Source of the DNA: an uncultured Subdoligranulum sp.
GTDB lineage: Bacteria > Bacillota > Clostridia > Oscillospirales > Ruminococcaceae
Length of the DNA stretch: 64,000 nt
Assembly: GCF_904374465.1 (NCBI RefSeq)
Contig: NZ_CAJFFY010000002.1
Reading direction: 5' to 3' (one strand)
Under the pieces are notes generated by a model. That model had not been told where the DNA came from, did not search any database, and saw nothing but the letters and a program-made list of their open reading frames with translations. Numbering within the stretch: the first letter of the stretch is position 1; each line of letters opens with the position of its first letter. A program made the translations under genes and the position numbers. Below, piece after piece: positions 33,656 through 43,912 of the stretch.

Positions 33656-33816
33656 GGGGCGGGGGAAAAGCACTTCGGAAGTGTGCGCTGCAGCTTTCAC
33701 AAGCAACGCATAGTGGATTTCTTGAATACATGAAGCTGCCCGCCCGCCAGCTCGTCGAAATCAATAACGAGGTAGCGGACGAATGGCAAAGACAACGGAA
33801 CTTGAACTTGCGATAA
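33074..33816 (+). CDS. Tail assembly chaperone, -1 frameshift-extended form
   Basis: A slip at T_TTT_TTC joins frame 33074 to the frame of ORF 33454..33816, adding ...FFRVRGGGKALRK...GFLEYMKLPARQLVEINNEVADEWQRQRNLNLR. Confidence 0.6.
33643..33649 (+). promoter_or_regulatory. Programmed -1 ribosomal frameshift slippery heptamer
   Basis: T TTT TTC in X_XXY_YYZ register, 2 codons before the zero-frame stop. Confidence 0.6.
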
Positions 33817-36800
33817 AGATTGCGGGAAGCGTTGACCCGAGCCTTTATAAGAGCATCGGAACGGCGCAATCGCAAGTAAGCTCTATCGCAAAGGGGATGC
33901 AGACTGCGGCAAAGGTTGCTGCGACAGCAACAGTGGCCGCGGTAGGAATTATCGGCGCCGCATTCTGGGACGCAACCCAGGAAGCAATCCAGTTTGAATC
34001 CGACATGGCCGGAGTCGTAAAGGTAACGGAAGGGCTGCGGGACGAAAACGGGCAGCTGACCGATACCTACTACGAAATCTCCGATGCCATACAGGACCTA
34101 TCAACACAGGTGCCGGTATCGACAGAACAGCTCACGTCCATGGCTGCCATAGGAGCGCAGAGCGGCGTGCCGGTAGACGAACTGGTGCAATACTCGGAAG
34201 ATGCTTCCAAGATGGCAATAGCCTTTGAAATTGACCCGACACAAGCCGGGGAAATGATGGCAAAGTGGCGCACCGCATTCCGAATGGACCAGGACGAAGT
34301 GGTCCTGCTGGCCGACGAAATTAACTATTTGGCAAACCGAACATCGTCAAGTGAGGAACAGATAGCCGATGTGGTTACCCGTATCGGAAACCTGGGAGAA
34401 ATTGGCGGTGTAAGCACGGAAACACTCGCAGTCCTGGGGTCTATGCTTACTTCTGTGGGCATGGAAAGCGAAAACGCGGCCACCGCGGTTAAGCGGATGA
34501 TCCTGGAAATGACATCCGGTGAATCCGTGACACAGCGACAGGCAGATGTGCTTGATAAGCTGCACATATCGGCAACCGACCTTGCGCAGGGAATGCAGGA
34601 TGACTCCGTGCAAACAATGCAAAATTTCCTGCAAGCAATTCTTGCCCTGCCGAAGGCAGAACAACTTTCGGCCTTGAACGATTTCTTTGGAAGCTGGGCA
34701 GTACAGGGCGTATCTTCTTTGGCAAATAACCTCCCCGAAATGATGGGGTGGCTTGAAAAAGTCAGCGACATCAATACCTATGCAGGAAGCATGGAACAGG
34801 AGTACGCCGGATTTGCAACCACAACCGAAAGCGCCATGATGATGTTGCAAAACACATGGCAGGTTTTGAAACAAGATGCCGGGGGATATGAGTTAGATAA
34901 CGTGCGACTCATAATCCTGGGAATCCGAGATGCGTTGCTGCAGGTGAGGGATAACCTGCCGACCATCATGGGACGGCTGGATGAAGCCTTTGGGAAGCTG
35001 GCGCAAAACGCCCCGTGGGATGAAATAGTCGAAAAAATTCCGGGGGCCATTGAACAAATTGGCGATGCGATAGACTATCTGCTTGACCATGGAGAAACTG
35101 TCGCTGCCGTGCTGAAAGGGATTGCGGCAGCATGGGCGGGCATGATGTTCGCTCCTCAAATCGAAATGGCGGTGAAGGGGGCAAGCGGTATTGCCACGGG
35201 CGCTGTACGCTTATTGGCGGGAAGCCCGGCCGGAACGACAATACCGGGCACAGCTGCAAAAGCGGCAAGCGCCGCTCCCGGCGGGCTGATCGGCGCTGTT
35301 GCAGACTACGGAGCGGCGAGCATAAAGCGAGCAAACAATATCGGCAGTGCGGCCGGCACAATCCAACAGACCATCCGAGAAAACGGGTTAGGTGCTGGAA
35401 TTTCGGCCATCATGCCGAACCTGGGAGCGCTGCTTGGAGGAAATGACATCGTCGTAAACGATAAAGCAAGGGGCGTTGCCCGGCGGGCCAGCGCTGCAAG
35501 CGTCATCGCCGGAACAGCGCAAAGCCTTAAAGTGGAAAAGGCACTGTCAGGGGCGAGCAGCCTGCAGATGATTCGACAGACGGCGGGAGGAATGCTGTCG
35601 CAAACACCGGCCGGGAAAGCAGCCGGTGCGATTGGCAATTACTTCGGCGGAATCAAGGCTGCCGCGGATAACGTCGCAAGTACAAAAATCGGCGGCGGGA
35701 TTCTGAACGGAGTCAGGGGAACCGGACAGGTCAGCAAGGAAATCTTGCTTGGCATATTGGGGCCGGAAGGAACTAGATTTGGTGATCTTGCAAAAGGAGC
35801 CTTTGGCGCCGTGAAGGGCGGGGCCGGATGGGTTTCCGGAAAAGCCGGATTGGCGGCGTCGAACTTTGCAAACAGCGGAGTAGGACAAGCACTGGGAGGT
35901 GCGGCGACGATTGCAGGAGCCGCAGGAAAGAAAGCCATAGGAATTGGAGGAACGGCCCTTGGTGCTATAACCAGCTTCGGAGGAGCAGGAGCGGGCCTTG
36001 TCGGGTCCGTACTCGGACCGGCCGCCGGAATATTTGGCACGATTGCTACAAGCGCACTCCCGGTCGTGGCAGTGCTTGGCTCTATTGTGGCCGTCGTGTC
36101 AATACTGGGTGAAAACCTGGACACAATCAGAACAGCAATCGGGAGCATCTTTGGAGATCAGGGAGTCGCGATATTCGACGGATTCCTTGCCACGGTTACA
36201 AATGTCAAAAACGCGGTAATGCAAGCATTCAGCCCTCAAAACATCGCCGCTGTTCGGCAGAGTATAGTGGGGGTTTTCGGGGAAGGAGCAGGAAGCGCAT
36301 TTGACGGGCTGGTTGGAATCGGCGCCAGCATCGCTTCTCTTGGGCAACAGATCGTACAATTTGGCACGGGAACGGTAAGACCAATTTTTGAAAGCGCGTT
36401 TGGCTATATTTCTGGTACGGTTGTGCCGATGGTGATAAACGCATTCTCGACCATAGCGCCCTATATCAGCCAGATCATAAGCACTGTGGGCGGGAGCATA
36501 ATGCAAATCGCAACGGCTATCGGGCAAGGAATTTTGACGATTATGCCCGCCGTACAGCAAATCACAACCATCTTGCTTGCCGTCGGAAGCGTGGTTGGAC
36601 CTGCGCTGCTGGGCAGCCTGTCCGCCATGTTCACAACCATAAGCAATGTAGTGAGCAGCTTGATCGGAGTGTTCCAGGGGCTGATTCAGTTTATCAGCGG
36701 TGCATTTACGGGCAACTGGGCGCAGGCGTGGGAAGGTGTAAAGCAGATTTTTGGGAACGCCTTTAACGCACTGGTCGAGCTGTGCAAGGCACCACTGAAC

Positions 36801-37289
36801 GCAGTGATCGGGCTCATCAATGGGGCGATTGATGGCATCAACAGCATTTTCGGCGAAGGAATTACCATACCGGAATGGGTACCCATGGTAGGCGGGCAAA
36901 GCTATGCTTTGAATTTGCCTAAAATTCCGATGCTGGCAACGGGCGGATTTACGAACGGAGTGAGCATCGCAGGTGAAGCGGGGACAGAAGCGGTGATCTC
37001 TTTCAACCCTGCATATCGCAGCGCGAATATCGCCACATGGCAGACCGCGGGACGTATGCTGGGCGTGTCTGGACCTGAAGTTGTAGCGAAAGACATATAC
37101 GGAGAGGAAGAACCTGCAGGCGGAAATGAATACTGGAATGCGCGAACCTCTTTTACATACGCACCGCAGCTGACAATTCAAGGAAATGCCGACCGCCAGG
37201 AAGTGGAAAGAGCACTCGACGATAGCTACGAGAAATTCAAAGCCAACGCGGAACGGTGGGAACGAGAACGTCGCCGGAGAAGCTATTGA
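33783..37289 (+). CDS. Tail tape measure protein
   Basis: 1168 aa with Ala/Gly-rich TM-like central repeats. Confidence 0.9.
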   Translation: MAKTTELELAIKIAGSVDPSLYKSIGTAQSQVSSIAKGMQTAAKVAATATVAAVGIIGAAFWDATQEAIQFESDMAGVVKVTEGLRDENGQLTDTYYEISDAIQDLSTQVPVSTEQLTSMAAIGAQSGVPVDELVQYSEDASKMAIAFEIDPTQAGEMMAKWRTAFRMDQDEVVLLADEINYLANRTSSSEEQIADVVTRIGNLGEIGGVSTETLAVLGSMLTSVGMESENAATAVKRMILEMTSGESVTQRQADVLDKLHISATDLAQGMQDDSVQTMQNFLQAILALPKAEQLSALNDFFGSWAVQGVSSLANNLPEMMGWLEKVSDINTYAGSMEQEYAGFATTTESAMMMLQNTWQVLKQDAGGYELDNVRLIILGIRDALLQVRDNLPTIMGRLDEAFGKLAQNAPWDEIVEKIPGAIEQIGDAIDYLLDHGETVAAVLKGIAAAWAGMMFAPQIEMAVKGASGIATGAVRLLAGSPAGTTIPGTAAKAASAAPGGLIGAVADYGAASIKRANNIGSAAGTIQQTIRENGLGAGISAIMPNLGALLGGNDIVVNDKARGVARRASAASVIAGTAQSLKVEKALSGASSLQMIRQTAGGMLSQTPAGKAAGAIGNYFGGIKAAADNVASTKIGGGILNGVRGTGQVSKEILLGILGPEGTRFGDLAKGAFGAVKGGAGWVSGKAGLAASNFANSGVGQALGGAATIAGAAGKKAIGIGGTALGAITSFGGAGAGLVGSVLGPAAGIFGTIATSALPVVAVLGSIVAVVSILGENLDTIRTAIGSIFGDQGVAIFDGFLATVTNVKNAVMQAFSPQNIAAVRQSIVGVFGEGAGSAFDGLVGIGASIASLGQQIVQFGTGTVRPIFESAFGYISGTVVPMVINAFSTIAPYISQIISTVGGSIMQIATAIGQGILTIMPAVQQITTILLAVGSVVGPALLGSLSAMFTTISNVVSSLIGVFQGLIQFISGAFTGNWAQAWEGVKQIFGNAFNALVELCKAPLNAVIGLINGAIDGINSIFGEGITIPEWVPMVGGQSYALNLPKIPMLATGGFTNGVSIAGEAGTEAVISFNPAYRSANIATWQTAGRMLGVSGPEVVAKDIYGEEEPAGGNEYWNARTSFTYAPQLTIQGNADRQEVERALDDSYEKFKANAERWERERRRRSY

Positions 37290-37304
37290 GGAGGAAAAAA
37301 CGAA

Positions 37305-37508
37305 GTGGCCTACACAACTATTGCGGGGGACACATGGGATTCGGTATCGCGCACTGTGTACGGGAGCGAACTGCAAGCAGGATTCCTCATGGAAGCAAAC
37401 CCCGCGTTTCTGAACGTGTTCCGGTTTGATTCCGGAACGGAGCTTGAAACACCAGAACTGCCGGCCGCAAAAGACGGGCTGGCACCGCCTTGGAAATTCG
37501 AGGGATAG
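37305..37508 (+). CDS. LysM-like tail protein X (P2 gpX / XkdP-like)
   Basis: YTTIAGDTWDSVSRTVYGSELQAGFLMEANP. Confidence 0.75.
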   Translation: MAYTTIAGDTWDSVSRTVYGSELQAGFLMEANPAFLNVFRFDSGTELETPELPAAKDGLAPPWKFEG

Positions 37509-37512
37509 CGCA

Positions 37513-38868
37513 ATGGGAACGGTAGTAGCAGGGCGATACGCAGAGTTAAAACTGCAGTATAACAACACGGACATCAGCGAAGAAATTCAAGGGGACGTGG
37601 AGAGCTTCACTTTTACCGATACCGCCGGAGATATGTGCGACAGCATCGACATCGTCATCAACGCGAGAGAAGAAAAGTGGTTGACAAGCTGGTGGCCGAA
37701 AACGGGAACGACCCTCCATCCAAAAATCATAGGGCATAACTGGAATGTAGAGGGAGATCGGTTTGAAATGGACTGTGGAACCTTCATCATGGACAGCATG
37801 ACCTATGGAGATGCCCCTGGTCAGTTGACACTGAGCGGGGTTTCAAAACCGGCGGATACGGATTTTAGCGACAGAGATCGGGGGGACGTGTGGCAAAACA
37901 CCACGATTAAAAACATCGCCCAGACCATCGCCGGACGATACGGTCTGGGGCTGGGGTACGATGGCGACGATTACGACATTGCGAAGCGAGAGCAGAACGG
38001 ACCGGACGGGAGTTTTCTTCAAGAGCTGTGCAGCGACTACGGAATGGTTCTTAAAGCATACTCGAATAAACTGTGGATATTCGATAGGGAGCGGTATAAA
38101 GGCAAACGCGCAGTACAAGATGTCCCGAGAAAAAGCATGATTCCTGGGTCGTACAGCTGGACACAAGACATGGCAGGGACTTATACAGGAGGGCAATTCT
38201 CGTATACGGACCCTGACAAAGATGCCGACATTACGGCCAGCGTCGGAGGCGGAAAGCGGGTACTGAGTCTTAACCAGTATGCCAGCAGCGTTGCCGACGC
38301 TGCCGTACAGCTGGCATCCGCCTTGAATAATCAAAATCACAAAATGGTGAAAATGAACTTCAAGGTGGGAGGAAATTTCCATCTTGTCGCCGGAGGAAAT
38401 GTTCGCATAGAGGACTTCGGAGAGAAGATGGACGGGAAGTACTACTGCGAAACTGTTACGCACACCATGACACGAAGCGGGGGATTTGAAACCAGCGTTG
38501 AATCGGTCGGAATACGGGACCCCTTCTATTCTTGGCAAGTCGGCGGGAGCATTGTGTATAACCAAAAAACCGCATCCGAAACGCCGGAATATGAGAGCAC
38601 CTATGAAACCACCAGCCCGGCAGCCGGGTCTGCAAGTGCGGCGGCGGGCGGAGAGGGAGGACAGGCAATACAGCTGAACAACTGCCCTCTGTATTACACA
38701 AGCATCGCGAAAACCAAAAGCAACACGGTGTCTGGGACTTACTACCTATACGACGGAATCCTTGTTGCCGGCCGGTACAGAATTACCAATACGCCGAGCA
38801 GGTGCGGAAAACTACCGGTCGGAAAGAATGTGACAGGATGGGTTGACGCAAGCCAGATCGGAGGGTAA
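37513..38868 (+). CDS. Baseplate hub / late control D-like protein with C-terminal SH3-like module
   Basis: P2 gpD/XkdQ-like body. The C-terminal 60 aa resemble the endolysin middle domain. Confidence 0.8.
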   Translation: MGTVVAGRYAELKLQYNNTDISEEIQGDVESFTFTDTAGDMCDSIDIVINAREEKWLTSWWPKTGTTLHPKIIGHNWNVEGDRFEMDCGTFIMDSMTYGDAPGQLTLSGVSKPADTDFSDRDRGDVWQNTTIKNIAQTIAGRYGLGLGYDGDDYDIAKREQNGPDGSFLQELCSDYGMVLKAYSNKLWIFDRERYKGKRAVQDVPRKSMIPGSYSWTQDMAGTYTGGQFSYTDPDKDADITASVGGGKRVLSLNQYASSVADAAVQLASALNNQNHKMVKMNFKVGGNFHLVAGGNVRIEDFGEKMDGKYYCETVTHTMTRSGGFETSVESVGIRDPFYSWQVGGSIVYNQKTASETPEYESTYETTSPAAGSASAAAGGEGGQAIQLNNCPLYYTSIAKTKSNTVSGTYYLYDGILVAGRYRITNTPSRCGKLPVGKNVTGWVDASQIGG

Positions 38869-38881
38869 AGGAGGACACGCT

Positions 38882-39868
38882 ATGGCCAATTCGGGACCGC
38901 AAGTGAGAACCGGCCGGGTGAGCAAAATCAACTATGCCGCAGGAACCTTCGAGGTTACATACCAGGACCGTGGCGGCGCAGTAACGTGCCAAATGAATGC
39001 GGTGTCAAATGGACGGTACAAAATGCCGGAGATCGGGGACATCGTGAATGTGGAGCACAACGGAAACGGAACGGTAGCCGGAACCGCGATGGGCACGATT
39101 TGGAATAAATCCAATTTGCCTGTGAACGGACGGCAGGGACTGTTTCGGCAGGATTGGGGGAGAAGCAAGGGGCGGGCGTATGAAGAATACGACGACACCA
39201 CAGGAACGTACATCGCTTATGCCCCCAGCCGACTGGGGAGGAACAGCGCCGGAGAAATATTCGATGAATGCGCAGGACCGGCAACCATAACAGCAGGCGG
39301 ACAGGTGATGGTGCGAAGCAGCAAAAGCAGCGCATCAATATCCGCAGCCGGAGGCGTGGGAATCGCGGCTGGGAAAGCCGTGACGGTAGATGCGGGAACA
39401 TACCTTGCGGTGAGCTCAACGGGCGACTCTACATTCGAGTGCGGCGGAGATGCCAACGTGAATGTAACGGGAGATACAACCGAGGAGTTTGACGGAAAGG
39501 TTGAAAGGACCCACAACGATGATGTCACCGATGAAATAACCGGAAATGTCAAAAAAACCGTAGAAGGAGATGTAGAGGAGAAAACCACGGGTGACATAAC
39601 CAGGAGCGTGGAAGGTAACACGGAAGAATCCCTCAACGGAGATCTGACAATGACGGTTACAGGAAATGTCGAAATCACCGTAGGCGGTACAGTAATCAGC
39701 ATTGACAGTGGTGGAAACGTCACGATCAGCGGCGCAGCCAACGTGGACGTTGAGGCGGCCGCAAATTTGAACATAACGGGCGCGACAGGAGATATAACCG
39801 TAGACGGAATAAGCCTGGTTCACCACAAGCACAAAGATGGAGGAACAGGGGAACCTGAAAAGGGGTGA
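38882..39868 (+). CDS. Baseplate central spike (gpV / Mu gp45-like)
   Basis: N-terminal OB-like GRVSKINYAAGTFEVTYQD, then beta-helix repeats (GDxxxxV.G). Confidence 0.75.
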   Translation: MANSGPQVRTGRVSKINYAAGTFEVTYQDRGGAVTCQMNAVSNGRYKMPEIGDIVNVEHNGNGTVAGTAMGTIWNKSNLPVNGRQGLFRQDWGRSKGRAYEEYDDTTGTYIAYAPSRLGRNSAGEIFDECAGPATITAGGQVMVRSSKSSASISAAGGVGIAAGKAVTVDAGTYLAVSSTGDSTFECGGDANVNVTGDTTEEFDGKVERTHNDDVTDEITGNVKKTVEGDVEEKTTGDITRSVEGNTEESLNGDLTMTVTGNVEITVGGTVISIDSGGNVTISGAANVDVEAAANLNITGATGDITVDGISLVHHKHKDGGTGEPEKG

Positions 39869-39874
39869 TCTTTT

Positions 39875-40267
39875 TTGACGGTAGCAACACTGGGGAATAT
39901 CGCATTTCGTGTGGACTCCGCGCGCATCTTCACCCCGAATAACATCAGCGGCTCCACGGGGAGCGATTGGGCCACACATGACGTTGTGCACGGGAAAACG
40001 ACAAGGGAATGGATTGGACCAAAGGCAAAAAAATATACGTTTGAGGTGCTGCTGCGCGCACAGGACGGGGTACCGCCCAGAAGGATGCTGCAGGAACTGC
40101 AAAACATGGCGGAAAGCAACGGTGCATACTGGTTTGTTGTAGGCGGGGAAACCGTGGGGAATCTGCCTTTTGTGCTGTCGGAGATAAGTGACACATGGGG
40201 AGCGACAATCCGAAACGGAAAGCTCATTGAGTGCAAAGTGGAACTGACTTTGGAGGAATACCGATGA
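39875..40267 (+). CDS. GpU-like tail/baseplate protein
   Basis: TTG start; P2 GpU-like pattern (SDWATHDVVHGKTTREWIGPKAKKYTFEVLL). Confidence 0.6.
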   Translation: MTVATLGNIAFRVDSARIFTPNNISGSTGSDWATHDVVHGKTTREWIGPKAKKYTFEVLLRAQDGVPPRRMLQELQNMAESNGAYWFVVGGETVGNLPFVLSEISDTWGATIRNGKLIECKVELTLEEYR

Positions 40268-40581
40268 ACATGGAAGCTCCGTACATAGAAATCGAGCCGG
40301 GGCGCGCTGACGCAGAACTAAAAGCAGATGTCCTCCGCTGCTTGACGATGCTGTATAGCGCCCATCCGGGAGAGCAAGCCCTGGACCGAGATTTTGGGAT
40401 TGACGCAAGCGCGCTGAGCAAACCGATTACCACAGCGCAGGCTTTGATGGCGGCCGAGTTTGTGGCGAAAACGGCCAGATACGAGCCCCGCGTGAGGGTG
40501 AAAAGAGTGGAGTGGCGGGAAGGGGACGCAGAAGAAGGCTTGGTAAAACCGAAGGTGGTGGTGGAAATTGTCAATGATTGA
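40264..40581 (+). CDS. Baseplate wedge protein (gpW / gp25-like)
   Basis: 105 aa, GGAGG RBS, positioned before the J-like gene. Confidence 0.7.
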   Translation: MNMEAPYIEIEPGRADAELKADVLRCLTMLYSAHPGEQALDRDFGIDASALSKPITTAQALMAAEFVAKTARYEPRVRVKRVEWREGDAEEGLVKPKVVVEIVND

Positions 40582-41722
40582 AGCCTTGAAGTCGGTACCA
40601 GAAGTGAACCATATCGGGAACTTGGAACTGCAAGAGGTTGTAGAGCAGGTGTCGGCTTGGTATGAACAGAAATACCAAGCGCTGACGGGAAAAACGCCAG
40701 CGCTGAGCGACGCATCGCCGGAGCGACTGCTGCAATACAGTATCGCAATGCTGGGATACCAAGCGCTGCAGTACATCAACGACAAGGGAAAAGGAGAACT
40801 TCTGCCGACCAGCTATGGAGAATACTTAGATGGATTGGCCGCAAACGTAGGGGTCATTCGCAGACAGGCAGAGAGAGCCACGACATTGATGCGCTTTACA
40901 CTGGCGGCGAAAAGGCCTCAAGCCACAGGCGTGCCGGCCGGGACCAGAATCCGCACAGAAAACGGGCTGTATTTTAACACGGTCGATTATGCAGAAATCC
41001 CCGCAGGGAAAACGACAGTGGATGTTGTGGCGCAGGCGGAAGAAACCGGGGCCGCAAGCAACGCCTTGGCTGCCGGGGAGATCAATGTCCTTGTGGACCC
41101 CATCCCTTACATGGGGAGCGTGGAAAATGTAACGGAGAGCAGCGGCGGAACCGATGTGGAGGACGACGACAGCTTGACGGAAAGGACGTTTCTTGCCCCC
41201 AGCGTGTTTAGCTGCGCTGGTCCGGCGGACGCCTACGAATACTATGCGAGAGCATGGAGGAATGACGTGGACGATGTCCGAGTGAGCAGCCCGTCCGCAA
41301 GCAGAGTGGATGTGTATTTTGTGCTCGACGGAGGAAAACTTCCGACAGAGCTGGAATGCCAGGAAATGGAAACCTACTTCATGGACGAAGCAAGGGTGAA
41401 ACGCCCGCTTACCGACCTTGTGGAGTGTAAAGCACCGGAAGAAGTTGAGTACACCGTTGAGGGAGTATATTACATCGGCGGCGGTGATCGAAACAACGTG
41501 GCCGCGATTCAAGCGGCTGTGCAAAATGCGGTTACGGCATACCAAGAATGGCAACGAAAGCTGGGACGTGACATCAATCCTACGGAACTGATTGCAAGAA
41601 TCAGAGAGGCCGGAGCCAAACGGGTGCGCTTGTCGGCCCCGGCGGATGCCGTGGTTACTGAAACCCAGATCGGGAAATGCACATCGGTGAATATGGAATA
41701 CGGAGGGCTTGAAGATGATTGA
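40574..41722 (+). CDS. Baseplate J-like protein
   Basis: About 382 aa with a typical baseplate J pattern and position. Confidence 0.8.
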   Translation: MIEALKSVPEVNHIGNLELQEVVEQVSAWYEQKYQALTGKTPALSDASPERLLQYSIAMLGYQALQYINDKGKGELLPTSYGEYLDGLAANVGVIRRQAERATTLMRFTLAAKRPQATGVPAGTRIRTENGLYFNTVDYAEIPAGKTTVDVVAQAEETGAASNALAAGEINVLVDPIPYMGSVENVTESSGGTDVEDDDSLTERTFLAPSVFSCAGPADAYEYYARAWRNDVDDVRVSSPSASRVDVYFVLDGGKLPTELECQEMETYFMDEARVKRPLTDLVECKAPEEVEYTVEGVYYIGGGDRNNVAAIQAAVQNAVTAYQEWQRKLGRDINPTELIARIREAGAKRVRLSAPADAVVTETQIGKCTSVNMEYGGLEDD

Positions 41723-42755
41723 GTTCCGGGATGCGCGGCTTACGGACGCAGTACCCGCATCCCTGGCGGCACAACCGTGGGCGCAGGCTCTTGCCTACGC
41801 AGAAGGAAAGCTGCGGGAACAGATACTCTACTTTGCAGAGCAAAGTCAAATATACACATCGCTGGACACCTGCCCGGAAGAAATTCTGGATGCCTTGGCC
41901 GTATGCTGGAAGGTTGACTGGTACAGCGCGAGCTACCCGTTGCAGACAAAGAGAAATGTGATCAAAAGCAGCGTTATGGTGCGTCGATACCTTGGAACAA
42001 AGTGGGCGACCCAAGAAGCGCTGCGGAGCATTTGGCCGGATAGCGACATTGAGGAATGGTTTGACTATGACGGAAAGCCCGGGTGCTTCCGGGTCGTATG
42101 TAATATTACAGACCCCAGCGTGACAGCGGATGTTGAAACGGTGCGCAATAACGTCATGCTCTACAAACGTGAAAGCGCTCACCTTGACGACATCAGCTTC
42201 ATGTTGCGGCGCGGAATCAAAATCGGGCACAGCGTAGATGCGTGGCGTGCCAAGCTGCCGGAATGCGGGACGCTCCGGTGCGGAACATGGTGGATGACAA
42301 GCACACGGGGATACAGTGCCGGAACAGGACTCTCTTTGAGAGGGCACACTGGCGCCTATACTGCAGAACAGCCGGAATGCGGAACAATCCCCGAAACGGC
42401 CACCAAAGGTTGGAGTACCCTGGCCGAGATTGTGGCTGAACCCGCAACGGAAGCCTGGTCTGCAACACCGGAGGAAACAGGAATTGAGCGGGCTGGACGG
42501 ATACCGGAGCAAGCAACATTGGGCCAGACCGTAAAAGCAGAAATTGCAGCACGGCCTACGGCGGATGCTTGGATACCGGAGCCGTTTGAAGCCGGAAAAG
42601 CCGACAGCGGGACATTGCCAGGACCTGCGCAAAAGGGCCTTTCGCTCAAACTGCAGGAAACGGCAGCGGCTGCAGCCAAGGCATACAGGACCAAACCGGT
42701 GTCGTGCGGAATGATTCGATGCGGCACCGTTTCGGAAATCAAAGACGGGAGGTGA
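41715..42755 (+). CDS. Tail protein I-like (gpI / XkdU) with C-terminal repeat extension
   Basis: N-terminal LDALAVCWKVDWYSASYPLQTKRNVIKSS is typical of gpI. The C-terminus has five A[WY]xxxxPExG-type repeats. Confidence 0.7.
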   Translation: MIEFRDARLTDAVPASLAAQPWAQALAYAEGKLREQILYFAEQSQIYTSLDTCPEEILDALAVCWKVDWYSASYPLQTKRNVIKSSVMVRRYLGTKWATQEALRSIWPDSDIEEWFDYDGKPGCFRVVCNITDPSVTADVETVRNNVMLYKRESAHLDDISFMLRRGIKIGHSVDAWRAKLPECGTLRCGTWWMTSTRGYSAGTGLSLRGHTGAYTAEQPECGTIPETATKGWSTLAEIVAEPATEAWSATPEETGIERAGRIPEQATLGQTVKAEIAARPTADAWIPEPFEAGKADSGTLPGPAQKGLSLKLQETAAAAAKAYRTKPVSCGMIRCGTVSEIKDGR

Positions 42756-42761
42756 TAAAGG

Positions 42762-43076
42762 GTGGCTTTTTTCACAGAGAATTTTCTGAACGCACGCCGT
42801 AATGAATTGCTCCGCAGCGTCTGCAGGTTCCAGTATCAGATCAACAACGGTAGCTGGTTTGATGGGGAAATCAACAGCAAAGAAGTGGTCGGAACTGCCG
42901 TGGTAGTTTTCGTTTCGGCGCCCAGTTCGGGGAAGGACGATACGATCACGGCCGTTCGCATTTTCGACCAGAACGATGCGCTGGCCGGAAGCCAAAAAGT
43001 AAGTCTGACGCGCAGCAGCCTGAACTCCGCGCTTCTGCGTTTCACGCTGCCGCTCACCGAAGCACAGGCGGAGTAA
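42762..43076 (+). CDS. Hypothetical tail-fibre-region protein
   Basis: GTG after GGGAGG. Confidence 0.5.
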   Translation: MAFFTENFLNARRNELLRSVCRFQYQINNGSWFDGEINSKEVVGTAVVVFVSAPSSGKDDTITAVRIFDQNDALAGSQKVSLTRSSLNSALLRFTLPLTEAQAE

Positions 43077-43086
43077 AGGAGGAACA

Positions 43087-43521
43087 ATGTACAATCGCAC
43101 ATTCTGGCTCGACCATGTCGAGGATGAAGATGGCGAGGTCATTCAGCAAGGCACGCTGATGGACCAGGCACACTTCAACAACATGGAGGTGGGCATATCG
43201 GACGTTGCGCTGGCAGCGCAGATCGAAGCGTTCCGCAATATCCAAGAAGGGTATGAGATGGTGGGAGAAACCACCACTGTGACGCTGACGACAAACAGCA
43301 ATCCGTGGCCGTTCTGCAATACGGAAAAAGCCGTGGCGCTGAGCGTGATGCGCAACACCAAAAACTATGATGTGGAGGTCACCGTCAAATCTTACAGCGG
43401 CGGGCAAATCGGAAACTTTGAAATTCTGGACAAGGCCCTCAACGGTTTCAAAATCCTGCACGATGGAACGGCAAAGAGCGTGACAGTCATGCTCAAAATT
43501 ACGGGAGGTATGATTGCATGA
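43087..43521 (+). CDS. Hypothetical tail-fibre-region protein
   Basis: AAAGGAGG RBS. Confidence 0.6.
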   Translation: MYNRTFWLDHVEDEDGEVIQQGTLMDQAHFNNMEVGISDVALAAQIEAFRNIQEGYEMVGETTTVTLTTNSNPWPFCNTEKAVALSVMRNTKNYDVEVTVKSYSGGQIGNFEILDKALNGFKILHDGTAKSVTVMLKITGGMIA

Positions 43522-43898
43522 AAATCGAAGAAATGAACGCCGGCAAGAAGATTGCCTATGATGTGGACGGCACCAGACTGGACTTTGCAGGCGGCGCGCT
43601 GACCATGGACCTGGACCGCTACCGGCGGGACTATCCTGTGACCAAGGATGTGATGGCCGACGGTGACGGCAATCTGACGCTGGGCAGCGGTGGTAGGTAC
43701 TATGTAGCCCAGGTCGAAATCCCCGCAAACACCTACACGGAGGTGCAGACGGAAGCGGAAGAGGAACCTGTTGGAACGCTGGCGGCTTCTGAGGAACAGC
43801 CCACCGCGCCGGACAATGCGACCATGCAGCTGGACCCCCTGGACATGGAAAAGGTTGTGCTGCGCCTGTGGAGCGTCGCCGGCATTGAGATTTTTTAA
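43518..43898 (+). CDS. Hypothetical tail-fibre-region protein
   Basis: ATGA overlap. Confidence 0.55.
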   Translation: MKIEEMNAGKKIAYDVDGTRLDFAGGALTMDLDRYRRDYPVTKDVMADGDGNLTLGSGGRYYVAQVEIPANTYTEVQTEAEEEPVGTLAASEEQPTAPDNATMQLDPLDMEKVVLRLWSVAGIEIF

Positions 43899-43912
43899 GG
43901 AGGTAAGAAACG

